Part shown: positions 39,068-58,716 of the stretch, one piece after another
Layout: the number at the start of each line of letters is the position of its first letter
Position numbering within the stretch: the stretch's first letter is position 1
Assembly (NCBI RefSeq): GCF_009914755.1
Contig: NC_060943.1
Length of the DNA stretch: 64,000 nt
Strand: one strand, 5' to 3'
Origin: the human T2T-CHM13v2.0 reference genome, Homo sapiens
Made by a program: the position numbers and the translations under genes
Notes under the pieces: generated by a model
What the model was told of the DNA's origin: nothing
Seen by the model: the letters and a program-made list of their open reading frames with translations, nothing else
The model's database searches: none

Positions 39068-40037
39068 TACAACAGGCTAACTTCTGGGTGAAACATTCTC
39101 TGATCTGGGACCTGATTTCACCATGTTTTATTCCTCCCTCCCCCTCCTACCTTTCTTTCTGTCCTGTTTCCTCCTCCTTATGAAAGAAAGCCCTATTCTG
39201 CCTAACTTTTGAGATCTTCCAGCATCTTATAGTTGGTGCTTTCCCTTTGTTGCAATACTCCTTTAAAATCATGTAACTTCTTACCTAAATCTGAATTTGT
39301 CTTATTTTACAAAATCTAGAAATAGCCCCAGGAAAATAACGACTCCATCCTCAGAAAGAGCTTCCCAACCCCACTTTCATGCCAATCCCAACTGTGTCTG
39401 CCTAAGGATTTCCAGCTTTTCAGGGTTTTGTCATTTCTCTAAGTATAAAAGGCTCTGTCCATGGCTATTGTGAGCAGGCTAGGGCATCTGCAGGGGAGGC
39501 TCCTCAGGCAGAACTGGTTGCTCCTTCAATAATCTCCCTTTGCAGGCAAAACTATTGTTAGCTTGGGGAGTCACTGAATTCAGGCTTCTACTTCCCAGTC
39601 AGGGTTATTCACTTAGTTTTAAATAAGAAAATGCTCAATGTTTGAAGAAAAGAGCACAATCACTCAAACACAGTGTTTATAGAATATTGTAAGGAAATTG
39701 TAAGGCACTTAGTATCTATTTCTTTCAGAAAATAAACGTGTCATTTAAATATTTCCATGATAAATAATTTAATAAATAACCATATGGGAACATTTCTAGA
39801 AGGTGCTAAGTCTCATCTCATAAAATTTAGCATTAAACTTGGACATCCAGACCACAGGATACAGAACAGAGATGTCCACTGTTACAAATTCTAGACCCTG
39901 CAAAAAATGGGAGCTGATGTTTTGAAAAATATATGCAATTCACCAGTTAATCTATCACATTTGCTGTGGAAATATATCACTTTCTGTAGCCATAATGCAA
40001 GAGCGATTTTTCCTATTTATTTCCCTGGTAGCTTTGG

Positions 40038-40353
<316 letters not shown>

Positions 40354-41090
40354 TTCTGGTAGCATTTTCAAAGAAAAGCCCTGGAATTTTACTTGAAATC
40401 ACCCCCCAAAAAGAACACACATAAGAAACTTACTACACTCACTCTGGGGATAATAAAGATAGATAAGAATCTTTAATGAAATAAATATATGACTAGATTT
40501 TACTGAAATCCACCTTTCTGGGTACTTGACTCTTGTAAAATGTCTTAAGTTCTACTAATAAAATGTAATTTAAGGTAATTAAAAAACTGAAGTTGAAATA
40601 AGTAAAATAATCTTTCCGAGGTGACAAACTCAGGGAGTGGCAGTGCCGATTGGAACACAAACATGTCTGACTCAACTGTCAAGTCAGACCATGGTATCAC
40701 TCAAAACATTCTCCCATCCCCATCCTACCCATTCAATTACTCAGTGATCACCTTCCCAGGAGAAACTGTACTGTACTCCACTGTGGGCCTCAGGTACATT
40801 TTGTTTTGCAGGTTCTTGCATTGCCTTACTAAAATGGGTTCTTCTTAGTCCTTTGGAAAAAAATTTATTTCTTCACAAATCTGATGAATCCAAAGGGCAG
40901 GAATTATTTCTGCCTTTTCTCCTCAATATGAACCTCTGATTGGCTGATCACCAATGTGTCTACAAAGAATAAAAATTGGGGTTTAAAAAAACCCTTTTTT
41001 TAACTGCTTGCACACTTGTGCATTTTTATTTCATTGGAGGAAAATCCTAAATACATTGCAGAGTCAAGGGGTAAATTAAAAAAATAATAA

Positions 41091-41312
<222 letters not shown>

Positions 41313-42644
41313 TGGAACAGGAATTAAAATAAATTAAAGAATGTGTAAACAGAAACTCAGCTGTATGTAAGAAAACCCAATTCTCCCTGAGAAAGAGAAA
41401 GAGCTGGAGTCCTTTAAAAATTAACTGCCTGTTTTTCTGTGGCTAGTGAGCCTTATCTCTTCTTTCCCAGGCACTGTTTCTCTAGCTGTGCAGCTGCAAG
41501 GTCACTAGACAGATAAACTCAAGTCGTAAAACATGTTTTTCCTTGAAAAGTAAGAATGATGTAATGCATGTCTCAATTAATTGAATAACTGTCTTTCTTT
41601 CTCGCTTCTGTAATATGCTTCCCCCTGCACAGATCTCCCCCAACCCCACAAAATGCTTAAAAGATAACTTAGCTCTTTGTTCAGGGCTCAGTCCTTTGGA
41701 TGTAATCCGACTAGGCCAGTGAACCTAAATAATAAATATCCTCCTCAACCCCTCGGTCTCCCTGATTCTTTAAAATATCCTGCAACATTTCTGGGGGCTT
41801 ATCTGGGTTTGGAGATGATAGATTTACTGTCTCCTTTGCCAGTGTGTCTAGGGCCCCGGGGATGGGGGAGACCCAGCATCCAAGACGCACCATGAGGGGG
41901 TTTCACCTGGATGGAGACCAGCTCTCCCCATGTCCTGGTGCCCTGCCCAGCAGTGCAACAGAACTGGGGACAGAGATGCAGGACAATACCAGCACTTCAG
42001 GAACCACGATAAGGAGTAGTGGCCCAAGGCAGGAAAGCCCGTCCCATAGGGATGAAGGGGACTGACCATTAATCCAACCCAGAGTGGCTGGGGGCAGCAG
42101 GAGTGGCCTGCCAATTTGATTGAACCTCGTGTCCCCACTAACAAAGTGAAAGTGGTTCACAGAATCTGGAGACAGGAACTGGGGGTGTGTGGGTGCATGT
42201 GAACCTACCTGGGACATGAGAGAGGCTCATTTCATCCGATGAGGAGTCCTGGGGTAGGAGTGATGGGTTTATGTGTGTGAATGTGGGAGCCTAACTAGGC
42301 TCACCCAGGACACAAGAGAGGTTCATTTCATCCAGTGAGGAGTCCTGGGGCAGGGGAGGTGTGTGAAAGTGTGTGAAAGAGATGGTCTCAGGAGAGGCCA
42401 ACATGGGGACTGATGTGGGGAGGCACAGATCCCTTAGTGCAGGCTGTGTGCTCTGAGGCAAGTGTAGGCAAAATCAAACCTAGGATGTTGCATACGGCTG
42501 ATAGGATCAGCTTTGCAGCTGCAGCAGGCTGTGACAGGGGAAGGCACATTCCTGGCTAAGTAGCATCCAAAACTCCTGTAATAGGACCCAGTCTGGTGAA
42601 CCTGAGGGTGAAAATGAGAGTGAGAGTGCACTGCAAGGGAGGAA

Positions 42645-44340
<1,696 letters not shown>

Positions 44341-44657
44341 CCAAGACCCCCTGCACCTGCTGTGAAAGGCAGGATATAAAGTATCAGAAAACAGCTCAAA
44401 TCTGCTCTAAAAGTGTCCAGTATTTAAGCTTTTATATAAACCAAGAGGAAAGATGGCTTAGTAGTAAACAAAAGCAGGCTGTTTGTGTACTTCCTACTCC
44501 AACAACCTGGTGTCAAATAAGAGAGTTCCTAAGGGCAGCAAGGTTCTGCCACATTTAGATCCCAAATTTCTTGCTCATGGCTAAGCCATTATACAAAGCC
44601 ACAAAGAGGAGGAAAGAAAGAGCCTCTCCTCTAGGAGGCCAACCAAGAGAAGGCTTT

Positions 44658-45931
44658 TATTTATTTATTTTTTTTTGAAGCCACTCCACAAGTCACTCTA
44701 TATTGCAAATTATACATAATAGTACACCTAATCAATATATAAATGTTATGGGTTAAACATCTACAACAAACAAAATAACATTTAACATCAAGAGAAAAGA
44801 AATGGGAAAAAAAGGTTAATGAACCAGTCCATGAAGAGCAACAGAGACAAAAAGAATCTCCTGGTCTGGGCCAGGCAGTCCAGTGGTCTTGCAAGGAACA
44901 CCTTTGATGTGGGTAGAGCCTTTCGTGGCAGATGCCAGAGCCTTTCATGGCAGATGCCATGGAGCTTATCTTTTTTTTTTTTTTTTTTAAATTGATCATT
45001 CTTGGGTGTTTCTCGCAGAGGGGGATTTGGCAGGGTCATAGGACAATAGTGGAGGGAAGGCCAGCAGATAAAGAAGTGAACAAAGGTCTCTGGTTTTCCT
45101 AGGCAGAGGACCCTGCGGCCTTCCGCAGTGTTTGTGTCCCTGGGTACTTGAGATTAGGGAGTGGTGATGACTCTTAACGAGCATGCTGCCTTCAAGCATC
45201 TGTTTTAACAAAGCACATCTTGCACCGCCCTTAATCCATTTAACCCTGAGTGGACACAGCACATGTTTCAGAGAGCACAGGGTTAGGGGTAAGGTCATAG
45301 ATCAACAGAATCCCAAGGCAGAAGAATTTTTCTTAGTACAGAACAAAATGAAAAGTCTCCCATGTCTACTACTTTCCACACAGACACGGCAACCATCCGA
45401 TTTCTCAATCTTTTCCCCACCTTTCCCCCTTTTCTATTCCACAAAACCGCCATCGTCATCATGGCCCGTTCTCAATGAGCTGTTGGGTACACCTCCCAGA
45501 CGGGGTGGTGGCCGGGCAGAGGGGCTCCTCACTTCCCAGTAGAGGCGGCCGGGCAGAGGCACCCCCCACCTACCAGACGGGGTGGCTGGCCAGGCGGGGG
45601 CTGACCCCCCACCTCCCTCCCAGATGGGGCGGCTGGCCGGGCGGGGGGCTGACCCCTACCTCCCTCCCGGATGGGGTGGCTGCCGGGCGGAGACGCTCCT
45701 CACTTCCCAGACAGGGCGGCTGCCAGGCGGAGGGGCTCCTCACCTCTCAGACGGGGCGGCTGCCGGGCGGAGGGGCTCCTCACTTCTCAGACGGGGCGGC
45801 CGGGCAGAGACGCTCCTCACCTCCCAGACGGGGCGGCGGGGCAGAGGCGCTCCCCACATCTCAGACGATGGGGGGCCGGGCAGAGACGCTCCTCACTTCC
45901 TAGATGGGATGGCGGCCGGGCAGAGACGCTC
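44658..45931 (-). mobile_element. 5'-truncated SVA (C/D-like SINE-R, VNTR part) with ~295-bp 3' transduction
   Basis: SINE-R plus VNTR 44989-45931; inner poly-T 44971-44988; extra segment 44677-44970; outer (TTTA)n/T tail; imperfect TSD CCAAGAGAAGGCTTT / CCAGGAGAAGGGGTTT. Confidence 0.88.
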
Positions 45932-47924
45932 CCAGGAGAAGGGGTTTAAAGAAATCAAAAAAGCTTGACTCAGGCCCCAGCTTTAGGACTGCCAGATAAA
46001 CTAACTAAGCCTATCTTCTTGTATGTCCACAAGTGAAAGGGAGGCCATAAGGATTCTAACTCAAGCCATAAATTTATGGCATCACCCAGTGACATACTTA
46101 TCCAGGCAATTAGACTTTGTGGCACTTGGATGGCCTCTTTGTTTTAAAGCTATTAAAGCACTAGCTGCCACTGCCCTACTGGTGCAAGAAGCTAATAAAC
46201 TGACTTTAGAGACTGTGAATAGCCTAAACCTGGCTACCTTGCTCCTCATCAAGTCAGTGCCAGGAGACCCCTTTCATTTCTGTGTCAACATGATAGATGA
46301 AGTTTTCTCAAGCCAGAGAGATTTGATAGCCCCTCAGGGAAACTGGACATTAAATATTTTACTGATGGAAGCAGTTTCATACTAAAGTTTTATGAAAGAC
46401 TTTGTAAGGCATTTTGATTGTGCACTCCATTTAACCCTGAGGCTGCTGAAAATCAGTGATTTTCACTAAAATCACTAAAGGGAGTCTGCCGAGCTGGGTA
46501 TGCAGTGGTGACTTTGGACTCAGTAGTAGAGGTGCAGTCTCTGCCTACAGAAACTTCTGCTTAGAAAGCAGAGCTAATATCTCTGACAAGAGCTCTCTGG
46601 CTAGCAAAAGACCAAAAGACAAATATTTACACAGATTCCAAATATGCTTCTGCCACTTTGCATGTTCATGAGGTGATTTACAAAGAAAAAAGACTTTTAA
46701 CTGCTGAAAGTAAAGAAATAAAGTACAAGGAAGAAATTCTACAGCTCTTAAATGCTGTATAGGACCCAAAAGAGGTGGCAGTGATGCACTGCAAGGGGAA
46801 CCAAAAAAGGAAGAACACTAAAGGCTAAAAAAATAAAAATAAAAAAGCAGACAAAGAGGCAAAGCAGGCTGCAATGACAACTCCACCTTCTAAAGAGGAA
46901 GTCTTAGCTATGCTTCTCTTCCCAGAGATTCCCCTCCCGGAGATCCCAAGCTATGCTCCAAGTGAAAGGGCTTGTTTTGCCCAGAAAAATAAGAACTACA
47001 CTAAAGGAAGATGGTAAAAATTCTCCAGTGGGAGGCTAGCCATACCAGAAATGGTGACCTCCAGATTTGTAAAACAATTCCACCAAAGAACTCACATGAA
47101 AAAAAAAAAACAGCACTAAAGACATTATTAAGGCATCATTTCTATGCACCATGGCTCACTGCTATTACTCAAGCCATTTGTAAACAAACAGTGTTTAACT
47201 TGCACTCAGAACAATCCATGACAAGGAGGGCCTACTCCGCCCCTGGGAGTTCAGGAAACAGGAGCCAGGGAGCCGTGCCCTGTGAAAAACTGCTTATAGA
47301 CTTCACCTAATTGCCCTGAGAGGGAGGGCTATCAGTACATGTTGGTGTTCATTTGCACCTTTTCAGGATAAGTCAAGGCCTTCCTCACCCAGACAGGGAA
47401 GGCACTAGAGGTGACCAAGGTGTTGTTAAAAGACATTATTCCCAGATTTGGACTGTCTCTAACTCTAAGATCAAACAATGGACCAACATTTGTGGCTGAA
47501 ATAGTTCAGGACTTTACTTGACTATTAAAATAAAGTGGAAATTACATACAGCCTACAGGCCGCAGAGCTCAGGTAAAGTGGAGTGCATAAACCAGACACT
47601 CAAACAGCTGCTGAAGAAATTTTGTCAAACTCATCAAAAGTAGGATCAGGTCTTGTCTGTTGTCCTCCTCCGAGTCAGGTGCACTCCCACCAAACAACTG
47701 GGTATTCGCCCTGTAAGATTTTATTCAGCCAGCCACCCCCCATCATAAGTCAGATTAAAGGTAATCTCTGTAAACTAGAAGAACTAACTTTAAGAAGGCA
47801 AATTCAGGCTTTAAGTATGGCCATGCAAAAATGCATGGCTAGGTATAGAAAAAAAATGCCTATAAGTCAAACAGACCCAGTACACCCTTTCAAACCTAAG
47901 GATTTTGTTTAAGTTAAAAAATGG

Positions 47925-48229
47925 AGGCAGGGTGTGGTGGCTCACGCCTGTAATCCAAGCATTTTGGGAGGCCAAGGCGGGTGGATCACATGGTCAGGAG
48001 ATCGAGACCATCCTGGCTAACACGGTGAAAACCCATCTCTACTAAAAATACAAAAAATTAGCCCGGCATGATGGCGGGCCCCTGTAGTCCCAGCTACTCA
48101 GGAGTCTGAGGCAGGAGAATGGCGTGAACCCAGGAGGTGGAGCTTGCAGTGAGCTGAGATCACGCCACTGCACTCCAGCCTGGGCGACAGAGCGAGACTC
48201 CATCTCAAAAAAAAAAAAAAAGGAAAAAA
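47925..48229 (+). mobile_element. AluY-type in integrase
   Basis: TSD AAAAAATGGA. Confidence 0.9.
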
Positions 48230-48603
48230 AATGGAATCCAACCACACTAGGACCCATATAGGATAGGCCCCATATCGTGATCATGCCTAGTCCCACTGCT
48301 GTTAAAGTTGCACGTTTCACACCTTGGATTTACCATAGTCGGCTGAAACCAGTGGCAGCAGTGACTCCCAACGACGAACAGTGGATTAGCCAACAAGACC
48401 CAGATTGCCCCACCCGAATAGTCCCATGGTGAAACCCAACCACTGGTAAGAAGGACAACTGCCCTGCTCTGACCACACTGGAGGCTGGTCAGTCTATGCA
48501 CGGCTGAAGCTTGAGGATCCTGTAAGCTCTGCTCTAGTCACATCCTGGAAGCTGACTAGTCTACGCACAGCCAAAGCTAAGAGGACAATCTCCGGATAAG
48601 TAA

Positions 48604-48732
48604 ATGTGGATACAATTTATAAGCCTAGTTATAATTCTGTCAATACTGATTGTTCTGTTGTTATGTTATTACTGCAAATACTGCAAACGTCTATGCCCAG
48701 AGGAAGGTTTGCCATGCCCATGTGTAGTGTAA
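48604..48732 (+). CDS. Candidate 42-aa single-pass membrane microprotein between pol and env (MWIQFISLVIILSILIVLLLCYYCKYCKRLCPEEGLPCPCVV)
   Basis: Manual translation: ATG 48604 to TAA 48730-48732; ~19-residue hydrophobic run then 6 Cys; env ATG at 48735. No expression evidence. Confidence 0.3.
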   Translation: MWIQFISLVIILSILIVLLLCYYCKYCKRLCPEEGLPCPCVV

Positions 48733-48734
48733 GC

Positions 48735-50630
48735 ATGTTTCTATTACATACACTGACGTTGTTACCATTTCTGCCTATACTAGAAGGGGAGAAATCCCTA
48801 GAAGAATGCCCACACTGTGTACACACTACCTGGATAAGGAATACCCTAGTTAAACCTCTACTGTACCATACTGACTATGAATGTACAGGAACCAAGTTAG
48901 GAACCTGCACATACAACCAGAAACAGTCTGCAATAGTTTAACACAAGAGAGACTTAGCAGCAACAGTCCTAAACATCTGTACAGAAAACCACAAATCAGA
49001 TGTCGAGACTGAACATTCAGTGGTCTATGCTAACACAGCTCCAACACTTACATTCAGGAAGGACTGCTCTGCTAATTAGTATGTCAACCAAACCAGATTG
49101 TAAGACAAGAACATACAATCCTTTAAATTTTACTATCTTAAAGCCAGAGCTACCTTCTTGGTCTACAGGACAGATGACACTATTATGAGTTGATAGACAA
49201 GGAGCAGAACTTGGAGTTCCACTACTAATTGTCAAAAAGACTAGAAGGACTCAAATGTATCCAACCCCACAATTCCAGGTCCATAAGTCATTCTATAAGC
49301 ATTTTGATCAGTCAGTGCTGAAGCTTCCCCCCATCAACCAAAAACTTATTTGCTCAACTAGCTGAAAACATAGCTGGCAGCTTAGGAATTTCCTCATGCT
49401 ATGTATGTAGAAGAACTAATATGGAAGACCAGTGGCCATGGGAGGCAAAGGAATTAATGCCACAAGATCCCTTCACTTAACACTGCCAGTGAACCAACAG
49501 CCTCAGCCAGTGTTTGGTTGTCAACTACCTCCATAATTGGAAAGTACTGTATCACCCGATGAGGAAAGGCTTTCACAGAGGCAGTGTGAGAAACAACCTG
49601 CCTAGGGCAACAGTATTATGATGAGACTAAAAACAAAACTCTATGGAGAAATGCCCAGACTGACTCCTACTTATCAGATCCAAACCCTTTCTCTCAATTC
49701 TCTACTCTAAGCCACACTTGGCATCAGCTAGAGGCTCCAAATGCTTGAAAGGCACCCTCTGGCCTATATTGGATCTGTGGAGCACAGGCATATCAGCAAC
49801 TGCCAGCTAAATGGACAGGGGCATGTGCGTTAGGAACAATCAAGCCATCCTTCTTTCTAATTCCTCTAAAGCAAGAGGAACTCTTAGGATATCCAGTTTA
49901 TGATAAAAATAAAAAAACAACTAGAAGCATAATAACAAAAAGAGACACAAATATCAAAAAAGATGTGGACATAGGAAACTAGAAAGATAATAAATGGCCT
50001 CCTGAAAGAATCATTAAATGTTATGGGCCAGCTACCTAGGTGCAAGATGGGTCATGGAGGTACCGTACCCCCATCTATATGCTCAACCGCATCATAAGGT
50101 TGCAGGCAGTCCTTGAAATTATAACCAATGAAACCTCAAGAGCACTAGATTTATTGGCAATACAAGCAACACAAATGAGACATGCCATATATCAAAATAG
50201 GCTGGGTTTAGATTACCTATTAGCCTCAGAAGCAGGAGTATGTGAAAATTTTAATTTAACCAACTGTTGCCTAGAAATTGATGATAATGACCGAGCTGTC
50301 ATGGAAATCACAGCTAGAATGCATGAGTTCACCTATGTTCCAGTTCAAACTTGATCTGGGTGGTCCCTGGATTCCTTGTTTGGAGGATGGTTCTCAACCT
50401 TAAAAAAAAAAAATTAAAACCCTCATTGGTGGGTTCTTATTTTTGGCATCTGCCTCATCCTCCCTTGCCTTTTACCTCTGTTTATTAGGAGTATTCAGTC
50501 AACTATAGAGGCAATAGTAACCAAAAAAACTACCGTGCAGTTGATGGCATTAACAAGATTATCAGCCACTGCCAGTAGAAGAAGAAGCACAGCCCTGTGA
50601 AGAGGTGACAGATAGTGGTGCTTTCTGTTA
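48735..50630 (+). pseudogene. env: Disrupted ERV3-like env
   Basis: Signal peptide [69 protein letters not shown]6CC ([10 protein letters not shown]); SU deletion near 48920; many stops. Confidence 0.9.
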
Positions 50631-51593
50631 ACATCTTTGTTATAAAAAGCACCAAAGGGAGGAATGGAACAGGAATAAAAAGAAATTAAAGAATGTGTAA
50701 ACAGAAACTCGGTTGTATGTATGAGAAAGAGAAAGAGCTGGAGTCCTTTAAAAATTAACTGCCTGTTTTTCTGTGGCTAGTGAGCCTTATCTCTTCTTTC
50801 CCAGGCATTGTGAAGACTCTGTTTCTCTAGCTGTGCAGCTGCAAGGTCACTAGACAGATCAACTCAAGTCATAAAACATGTTTTTCCTTGAAAAGTAAGA
50901 AATGATGTAATGCATGTTTCAATTAATTGAATAACTGTCTTTGTTTCTCACTTCTGTAATATGCTTCCCCCTGCACAGATCTCCCCCTGCCCCACAAAAT
51001 GCTTAAAAGGTGACTTAGCTCTTTGTTCAGGGCTCAGTCCTTTGGATGTAAATCTGACTGGGTCGGTGCACCTAAATAATAAATATCCTCCTCAATCCCT
51101 CAGTATCTCTGATTCCTTAAAATATCCCACTACAGAACTCCTGATCTCAGGTGATCTGCCTGCCTCAACCTCCAAAAGTGCTGGGATTACAGGCATGAGC
51201 CATTGCATGTGGCCTAAAAAATAATTTCTTTAAAATGGTATACTCTGCATCAACATTGACACAAAAGCTTCTGTTAAACTCTGACACCCACTCAGATGTC
51301 ACCTCCTCTATAAAACCCTCCTTGATTTCCCTCACTGCTGTCTCAGGGGGAGAATTAATCACTACTACCATTTGGCTGCCTCAATACCTTATATCTTTTT
51401 ATGTACAAGCATTATTCTCCAGAATAAATTAATCATTTATGCATCTATCCACACTAATGGACTATAAATGGGGCAGATATGTTGAACCCTACTCATTTAT
51501 GTAATCCAAATATCTGATACATAATAGGTGTTATATATGTATACACATGGAATCAAAATGCTCTCAGGGAATTATTGGAAAAGCTACCAAATT

Positions 51594-52229
51594 CTTTTTA
51601 TTTTTTAATTTTTTTTAAGTTCTTTTAAGTTCAGGGGTACATGTGTAGGTTTCTTACATAGGTAAATATGTGTCATGGGAGTTTGTTGTGCAGATTATTT
51701 CATCATCCAGGTATTAAGCCTAGTACCCATTAGTTGTTTTTTCTGATCCTCTCTCTCCTCCTAATAGGCCCTAGTATGTGTTGTTCCACTCTATTTGTCC
51801 ATGTGTTTGCACCATTCAACTCCTACTTATAAGTGGGAATATGTAGTATTTAGTTTTCTGTTCCTGTGTTAATTTGCTAAGGATAATGGCCCCCTGCTCC
51901 ATCCACGTTCTTGCAAAGGACATGACCTCATTTTTTATGGCTGCATAGTATTCCGTGGTGTATATGTACCACATTTTCTTTATCCAGTCTATCATTGATG
52001 GGCATTTAGGTTGATTCCATGTCTTTAATATTGTGAATTGTGCTGCAATGAACATACACATGCATGTCTTTATAACAGAAGAATCTATATTTCTTTGGCT
52101 ATATACCCAATAACAAGATTGCTGGGTCAATTGGTATTTGTCTTTAGGTCTTTGAGGAATCACCATACTGTCTTCCACAGTTGTTGAACTAATTTACACT
52201 CCCTCCAACAGTGTATAAGTGTTCCTTTG
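51594..52229 (-). mobile_element. L1PA-type 3' fragment
   Basis: TTCAGGGGTACATGTG..., ORF2 tail TWNQPKCPSMIDWIKKMWYIYTTEYYAAIK on minus strand. Confidence 0.9.
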
Positions 52230-52770
52230 AGAAAAACAAAAATCTCAATGTTCTAAGAGGTTAGTTTTTTAGGCAAATGGTATACCAAGAGACTGTCCTC
52301 AGGCCCAGGCCATCCAGCTGCTCCTCTGAGAGGCTACACTCTTATTCCTCAGACTGTCCTCTAAGAGATGACCCAGGGGATGATATTCATTAGACACTCC
52401 AAGAGATATGGCCATTATGGGCATCTTGGGTTATCCCAGACAGTTCTAATACTCATGAACAAGAAAAGACCGGAGGGCTGCTGTAAAGAGCCCTGTAATT
52501 TCTCCAAAGCAAAACTGCAACCCAAAGACATACTAATAAGGTGTGTGTGCCTAGGGAAGATAAAAGGAAGAGAGGCACACAGATTTTTTTTTTTTACAGT
52601 GAAGTGTCAGAGGATTATTCTCTACTTTTCTTTTCTACATTTGAGAATGTAGGAATGAAAGTGGAAATGTATAATTTTACTGCAAGCCTGAGTTAGGCTA
52701 AGGGAAAAGAGTGGTGGATTAGAGGCCCTGATTGCCATACATTAGGAAGACACAGAAGAAAACCAGTCCT

Positions 52771-54029
52771 GCTCTCCCTCTCCCTCTCCCTCTCTCTCCA
52801 CGGTCTCCCTCTGACGCTGAGCCGAGGCTGGACTGTGTTGCCGCCATCTCGGCTCACTGCAACCTCCCTGGCTGATTCTCCTGCCTCAGCCTGCGGAGTG
52901 CCTGGGATTGCAGGCGCGTGCCGCCACGCCTGACTGGTTTTTGTATTTTTTGGTGGAGACAGGGTTTCGCCGTGTTGGCCGGACTGGTCTGCAGCTCCTG
53001 ACCACGAGTGATCTGCTAGCCTCGGCCTCCCGAGGTGCCGGGATTGCAGACGGAGTCTCGCTCACTTAGTGCTCAACGTTGCCCAGGCTGGAGTGCAGTG
53101 GCGTGATCTCGGCTCGCTACAACCTCCACCTCCCAGCCGCCTGCCTTGGCCTCCCAAAGTGCCGAGATTGCAGCTTCTGCCTGGCCGCCATCCCGTCTGG
53201 GAAGTGAGGAGCATCTCTGCCTGGCCGCCCATCATCTGGGATGTGAGGAGCCCCTCTGCCCGGCCACCCAGTCTGGAAAGTTAGGAGTGCCTCTTCCCGG
53301 CTGCCATCCCATCTGGGAAGTGAGGAGCGTCTCTGCCCGGCCGCCCATTGTCTGAGATGTGGGGAGCGCCTCTGCCCCGCCACCCCATCTGGGATGTGAG
53401 GAGCACCTCTGCCCTGCCACCCGTCTGAGAAGTGAAGAGCCCCTCCGCCCGGCAGCCGCCCCATCTGGGAAGTGAGGAGCCCCTCCGGCCGGCCGCCACC
53501 CCATCTGGGAGGTGTACCCAACAGCTCATTGAGAACAGGCCATGATGATGATGGCGGTTTTGTCGAATAGAAAAAGGGAGAAATGTGGGGAAAAGAAAGA
53601 GAAATCAGATTGTTACGGTGTCTGTGTAGAAAGAAGTAGACATAGGAGACTCCATTTTGTTCTGTACTAAGAAAAATTCTTCTGCCTTGGGATGCTGTTG
53701 ATCTATGACCTTACCCCCAACCCCGTGCTCTCTGAAACATGTGCTGTGTCCACTCAGGGTTAAATGGATTAAGGGCGGTGCAAGATGTGCTTTGTTAAAC
53801 AGATGCTTGAAGGCAGCATGCTCCTTGAGAGTCATCACCACTCCCTAATCTCAAGTACCCAGGGACACTAACACTGCGGAAGGCCGCAGGGTCCTCTGCC
53901 TAGGAAAAGCAGAGACCCTTGTTCACATGTTTATCTGCTGACCTTCCCTCCACTATTGTCCTATGGCCCTGCCAAATCCCCCTCTCCGACAAACACCCAA
54001 GAATGATCAATAAATACTAAAAAAAAAAA
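52771..54029 (+). mobile_element. Full-length older SVA (A/B-like) with short VNTR
   Basis: CCCTCT hexamers, antisense Alu-like domain, VNTR, SINE-R, AATAAA, poly-A; perfect TSD AAAACCAGTCCT (52759-52770 / 54030-54041). Confidence 0.95.
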
Positions 54030-54050
54030 AAAACCAGTCCTTCTGTGGAG

Positions 54051-54725
<675 letters not shown>

Positions 54726-54730
54726 ACTCC

Positions 54731-58409
<3,679 letters not shown>

Positions 58410-58716
58410 TAAAGTTAAAATAATTAGATAACAGCTAATTAGACTGATGTGGCTCTAGTGGTCTAGGTTTCTGTGTAACAAAAAAAAAAAACTAACTCAA
58501 ATGCATTTTTTGTAAGTTACTACCTTAGAAGAAAACAAAATTCAGGCTTAATTAAACATAAATTTCCATTTAATCCCTGATTACGTTACCAGAAAGTTTT
58601 CTCCTGGACACTCCAAATGAAGCGACTACCTAACTGTACCCAATCATTTATTTAATTTGCATTCCATCCTCATACACATTATAGAATCCTTTTCTTCAAG
58701 ACCCTCTGGTAGCCCC

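Larger units (their letters stand above)
44350..48432 (+). pseudogene. pol: Disrupted pol (RT C-terminus, RNase H, integrase); protease and RT core deleted
   Basis: [59 protein letters not shown] motifs; SVA and Alu insertions. Confidence 0.85.

Noticed and set aside
41792-41809. tRNA-like sequence here and at 60596-60610
   Set aside because: Retroviral primer-binding sites, not tRNA genes
48735-50630. Possible intact or domesticated env such as ERV3-1
   Set aside because: Multiple stops, frameshifts and an SU deletion
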